A stretch of 64,000 bases of DNA from Cyanophora paradoxa CCMP329 (lineage: Eukaryota > Plantae > Glaucophyta). The notes under the pieces were generated by a model. The model was not told the origin of the DNA. It searched no databases and saw nothing but the letters and a program-made list of their open reading frames with translations. Shown here in pieces: positions 60,101-64,000 of this stretch (positions are counted from its first letter, which is position 1; each line of letters starts with the position of its first letter). Where the stretch lies: NCBI GenBank assembly GCA_004431415.1, contig QPMI01000409.1:310001-374000 (forward strand), read 5' to 3'. The position numbers and the translations under genes were made by a program.

Positions 60101-61135
60101 GCCGCAGCTCGCCGGCTGGTCCGCCGGCGCTGCACGCCCCCGCAAGCACGAGGACTGGTTCAGGTGCCCCTAACCTACCCTGGAACCCCACTCCCCCCCC
60201 CTCCTCTTCCCCCCCCTTCCCCCCCCTCCGCCTCCCCCCCTCCCAACCCGCTGAAAGGCGGCGACCGGGCGCCTCGCAGGCTCTCCCCGCCGCGGGGAAA
60301 GGCCTACGAGGGCCCCGTCCCCGAGATACACATGCACCTCCAGTACGTCGGGCCCGCTCCGGTGCCCGCCCCCCGCCCCGGATGTCCGCACGCCCAGCTC
60401 CGGCTGACCCCAGCGTCCGACAGCCCGGCGGGCGCGAGGCCCCGCCCCGCCAGCCCCTCGAGTACGAGTACGAGTACGATTCGCGGACGGTGCGCACGCT
60501 GCCAGGCTGCGCAGTCCTCCGCCTTTGCTTCGCTTGCCGACGGCTTCCGCAGGCTCGCCCCCGGAGCAGCCACGGGCGGGCGACGCGCAGCGAGGGGCGC
60601 TGGGCGCAGACGGGCCCCCCTTCCCCTCCCCGGACGCCTTCGTACCCTCCCGCTGTCCCCGCCTACGCGTTCGGTCCCCCCTCCACCGCTGCCTGGGCGT
60701 GGGCTCCCGCCCCCGCCGTCCCTGCACCCCACGTGCACCCCGCCTTGCCCTACTCCCTCTCCTACTCGCCGTATATCCAACCCGCCCCGTACCCCTACCC
60801 CTACGCGTACCCTCCCCCATCACAAACGGCCTGGAGCGGCGGCGGGAGCGGCGGCGGTGGTGGCGGCGGCACGGAGGCAGCTTCGGCCGCGGCGGTGGGC
60901 GCGCTGGTGCGAGAGGTCGAGGCCCTCAGGGAGAGCGTCCAGCGGCGGCGCGCTGCAGAGGCAAGCGCCCCCATCCCTCGGGCATATGCATATCTCGCGA
61001 TAATTGACAGGCAGATTTCGCGTGCAGAGGCAGCGGGGCGACGTGCTGGTGGCGACATGCGACGACTTCCTCTCCCGCCTTGACCGCCAGGAGGCATCCC
61101 TCCGCTCAGTCGGCTACAGCCGGCACGCGTACTAA
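54187..61135 (+). CDS. Calpain-family cysteine protease (CysPc + domain III + probable C2-like regions and long low-complexity tail); apparent 7-nt frameshift at 54650-54656
   Basis: QQGGL|GDCWF (Cys), NELWVPLIEKAYAK|LHGCY, GHAYGIL (His), RIRNPW|G (Asn), DDGTFWMAWADF and domain III GEWKRGVSAHGC..VIPMTFE. That the region past ~57 kb belongs to the same gene is inferred. Confidence 0.85.
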
Positions 61136-61672
61136 TTGTATACGTATACGAATTGCAGTTTGCAAGTGCGCATGCATTTCAGACACGACCAACGACATCT
61201 GGACTAGCCCTAGTGGCTGTTTGGCTAGCAGTGGGCCGCCGGTCGAATCGTAAGGGCTCAGTCAGATAGGCAAGCGACGTCGAAAATCGAAATCGAATAC
61301 CGAAGCTCGAGATCGAAACCTAGGCCTACTTACCCTACGGGCTTAAGATCATAGGATCAAAGGTGCGGGCCGTGCCCGGAGGCTCGCCCGTTCCCGCCAC
61401 GGACTGGCCGCTAAGGAGGAGGAATGCTGCCCAAGGGGGCCGGAACCCCAACGAGCCCCGGACCGTCCAGTGTGAGTGCCGATCGACGAGCCACGAGGCG
61501 TGCATATGCGCTGAAGGCCGGGGGCCGGGGTACAAGCGCGCTGCGTTCGCAGCTAAGCACGCCATCTCATTCGCAATTTGATCGGCCGATCCGTGCTGCT
61601 CGAGCATTAATATTGCACTCTCCTCCGAGAGCCTCGTAGCTTGTTCGAAAGCCAGTCAGGGCAGTCGGCGCC

Positions 61673-64000
61673 ATGTACGTTGTCGCGTCCCGACTCTCCG
61701 CGGGACGCGCGTCGGGTGTGTGGAGGAGCGTGCGGGCGTCGAGGGATGCGCTCCATGCGCTCTCTGCTCGCACGTACGCGGTCAAGGCAGCGAACGCGAT
61801 GAAGTTCGAGGACTACTACGAACCGCTCTTCCAACATGACCACGCCCACCACGTCGACACGCCGTTTAGGAAGCTGACGTCGGACTTCGTGTCGACTAGT
61901 GCGCGCTCTGGTCGCGTGATGTGCCTGCTTGCCGCGTACGAGCTTGGTCGCAGCGACTGTCAACGGCAAGAAGATCCTGACCGTGGAGGCGGAGGGGTTG
62001 CGTATGCTTTCACGGGAGGCCATGATCGACATTGCGCACCTTTTGCGGTCCGTAGACGTCGCGCGCCAGCCCTTCCCGGTCTCACCCCTTTTCCGCAGTC
62101 CGGGGCACCTCGGCCAGCTGCGGGCGATCCTTGATGATCCGGAAGCGACGAGCAACGACAAGTTCGTCGCGCTTGAGTTGCTTAAGAATGCAGTCGTCGC
62201 ATCGTCCGGGATTCTTCCCTCTTGCCAAGTCAGCTCGGCCGGTCCCTCAGCATTTGCTGGTGCTGATCAACAAACAGGACACTGGGACCGGAATCGCGAT
62301 GGGCAAGAAAGGGCAGTTCGTTTGGACGAATGGTGACGACGAGCGCGCAATTTCAGCAGGGATTTTCGATGCGTACACCCAAAGGAATCTGCGCTACTCG
62401 CAGGTGTGTCGTCTTCATTGATGGCGCTGTGTCATCGCTAGAATGCTCAAATCAGGTTGCTCCTCTGGACATGTTCAACGAGACAAACACAAAGAGCAAT
62501 CTCCCTGCTCAGGTCTGCATGACTTGCTTTGTCATGCTGCACTGCCCTCGCGACCAACTGCTGTCTTAGGTCGACATCTATTCCACGTCTGGGAGCGAGT
62601 ACGAGCTGCAGTTCATTGCAAAGGTTCAAGCACAGATTTTAGCAGCTCGTTAGGGCCAGCTGAATGCGCTGCTTTCAGGGAGGTGGCTCTGCAAACAAGA
62701 CATACCTCTTCCAGCAGACAAAAGCACTGCTTAATGAGGCTTCGCTGCAGAAGTTCCTCGAAGAAAAGGTCGGCCATCATTATATTTGGCTATTGTACTT
62801 CTGACAGTCGTTCAGGTCAAGAGCCTGGGGACAGCAGCATGCCCGCCTTACCACCTTGCTGTGGTCATTGGCGGCCTTTCGGCTGAGATGACCTTGAAGA
62901 CTGTAAGTTGCATTAATCAGCAACCTGCTATGCTTAGGACTCAGTTTTCTGCAGGTGAAGCTTGCATCCACTCGGTACCTCGATGATTTGCCACGAGAGG
63001 TGTGTTTCAGTTTCCTCTTTCAGCTGTCAGTTCGTCTTACTGTTTGTGCTGCAGGGGAATGCACGTGGGAGGGCGTTCCGGGATGTGGACTGGGAGGAGC
63101 GTGTGCACCGCATGACCCAACGAATGGGTATTGGCGCCCAATTTGGTGGTGCGAACAAAAAGTTCTTCCTCTTTTCTGTCCGCACAAAGCCAGCCTTCCC
63201 CCACCTGTTGCAGGGAAGTACTTTTGCCATGATGTGCGGGTTATACGCCTCCCAAGGCATGGAGCATCGTGCCCTGTTGGACTTGGCGTCTCGTGCTCTG
63301 CAGACAGGCAAGCGCTCGCCAAGATTACGCACGAGGTAGGCCCTGAGTCGTCTCACAGAAGATTGTTCTGACTGCAGTTGTTAGGGCATCTTCTTGGAGG
63401 AGCTATGCAAGGATCCCGCCCATTACCTACCCGAAATCAAGGTTTGTTATGCACCATTGTTGGCTGTATGAAGGAAGCGACCAACTGCTTGGGTGCAGGC
63501 GGATTCGTTGTCGAACAATGTTGTCCACATCGATCTGAATGAGGCAAGTTGCATCTTTCCGTGGCTCGAGCTCCGTGATTCCATGGATCTCTGATCACGA
63601 GTAAACAGCCCATGGAAGCTATCCGCAAGAAGCTCTCGCAGTATCCAGTCAAAACAAGACTGTCCCTCTCGGGACCTATGATTGTCGCCCGCGACATTGC
63701 CCACGCAAAGATTGCGGTTTGTCCATGCTTTTCTATTTCCTATTTAGATTGTCTTCATCCTGTTTCATCCCCTGCTTCTCAGGAGAGGCTCGAGAAAGGT
63801 GAGGGCATGCCGGAGTATATGCGCCGCTATTGCGTTTACTATGCTGGACCAGCAAAGACTCCTGAGGTAAGCACTGAGCTTTCTTTAGCCACTTCCGCAC
63901 AGCAGCTTTGCTGAAGCTTGTTAGGGGTACGCTTCGGGCTCGTTCGGCCCGACCACAGCTGGACGCATGGATTCCTACGTTCGGAAGTTCCAACAGGTGG
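61673..64000 (+). CDS. Class I (4Fe-4S) fumarate hydratase, mitochondrial precursor; runs off the window end
   Basis: LPSCQ|DTGT, NLRYSQ|[37 protein letters not shown]|[22 protein letters not shown] and [10 protein letters not shown]. Arg/Ser-rich N-terminus. Confidence 0.96.

Overview
GC-rich eukaryotic nuclear DNA with compact genes split by many short (~50-95 nt) spliceosomal introns. The intron style and a plastid-type transit peptide suggest an alga, plausibly a glaucophyte such as Cyanophora (inference). About 18 genes can be rebuilt by hand: a dysbindin-like protein, a TPR protein, an inverted pair of SAM methyltransferases, TIPIN/Swi3, a KKGP/APPAEE repeat protein, an ATP-grasp ligase, ArfGAP2/3, an orphan gene, COX5B, WDR75/Utp17, POLD3, Fe-S L-serine dehydratase, an IQ-motif protein, GlcNAc kinase, a calpain, class I fumarase and hypotheticals. 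Many sit in head-to-head pairs. Region 7.8-22.5 kb is a ~2.6-kb tandem array. It carries four tRNA-Glu(UUC) copies truncated in the T-loop and ends in one intact tRNA-Glu; the first unit holds a 5.1-kb TIR element with a 6-bp TSD. The most unusual signal is an insertion-biased mutation pattern: a short direct duplication with a reverse-complement filler (e.g. TTC to TTC-GAA-TTC). It has expanded a duplicated gene fragment from 237 to 423 bp and separates near-identical repeat units. A similar insertion frameshifts the calpain, and another appears to have created a new GC-AG intron. A neighbouring intron-like segment is made of telomeric repeats. All gene models and alignments are manual; no database searches were run.
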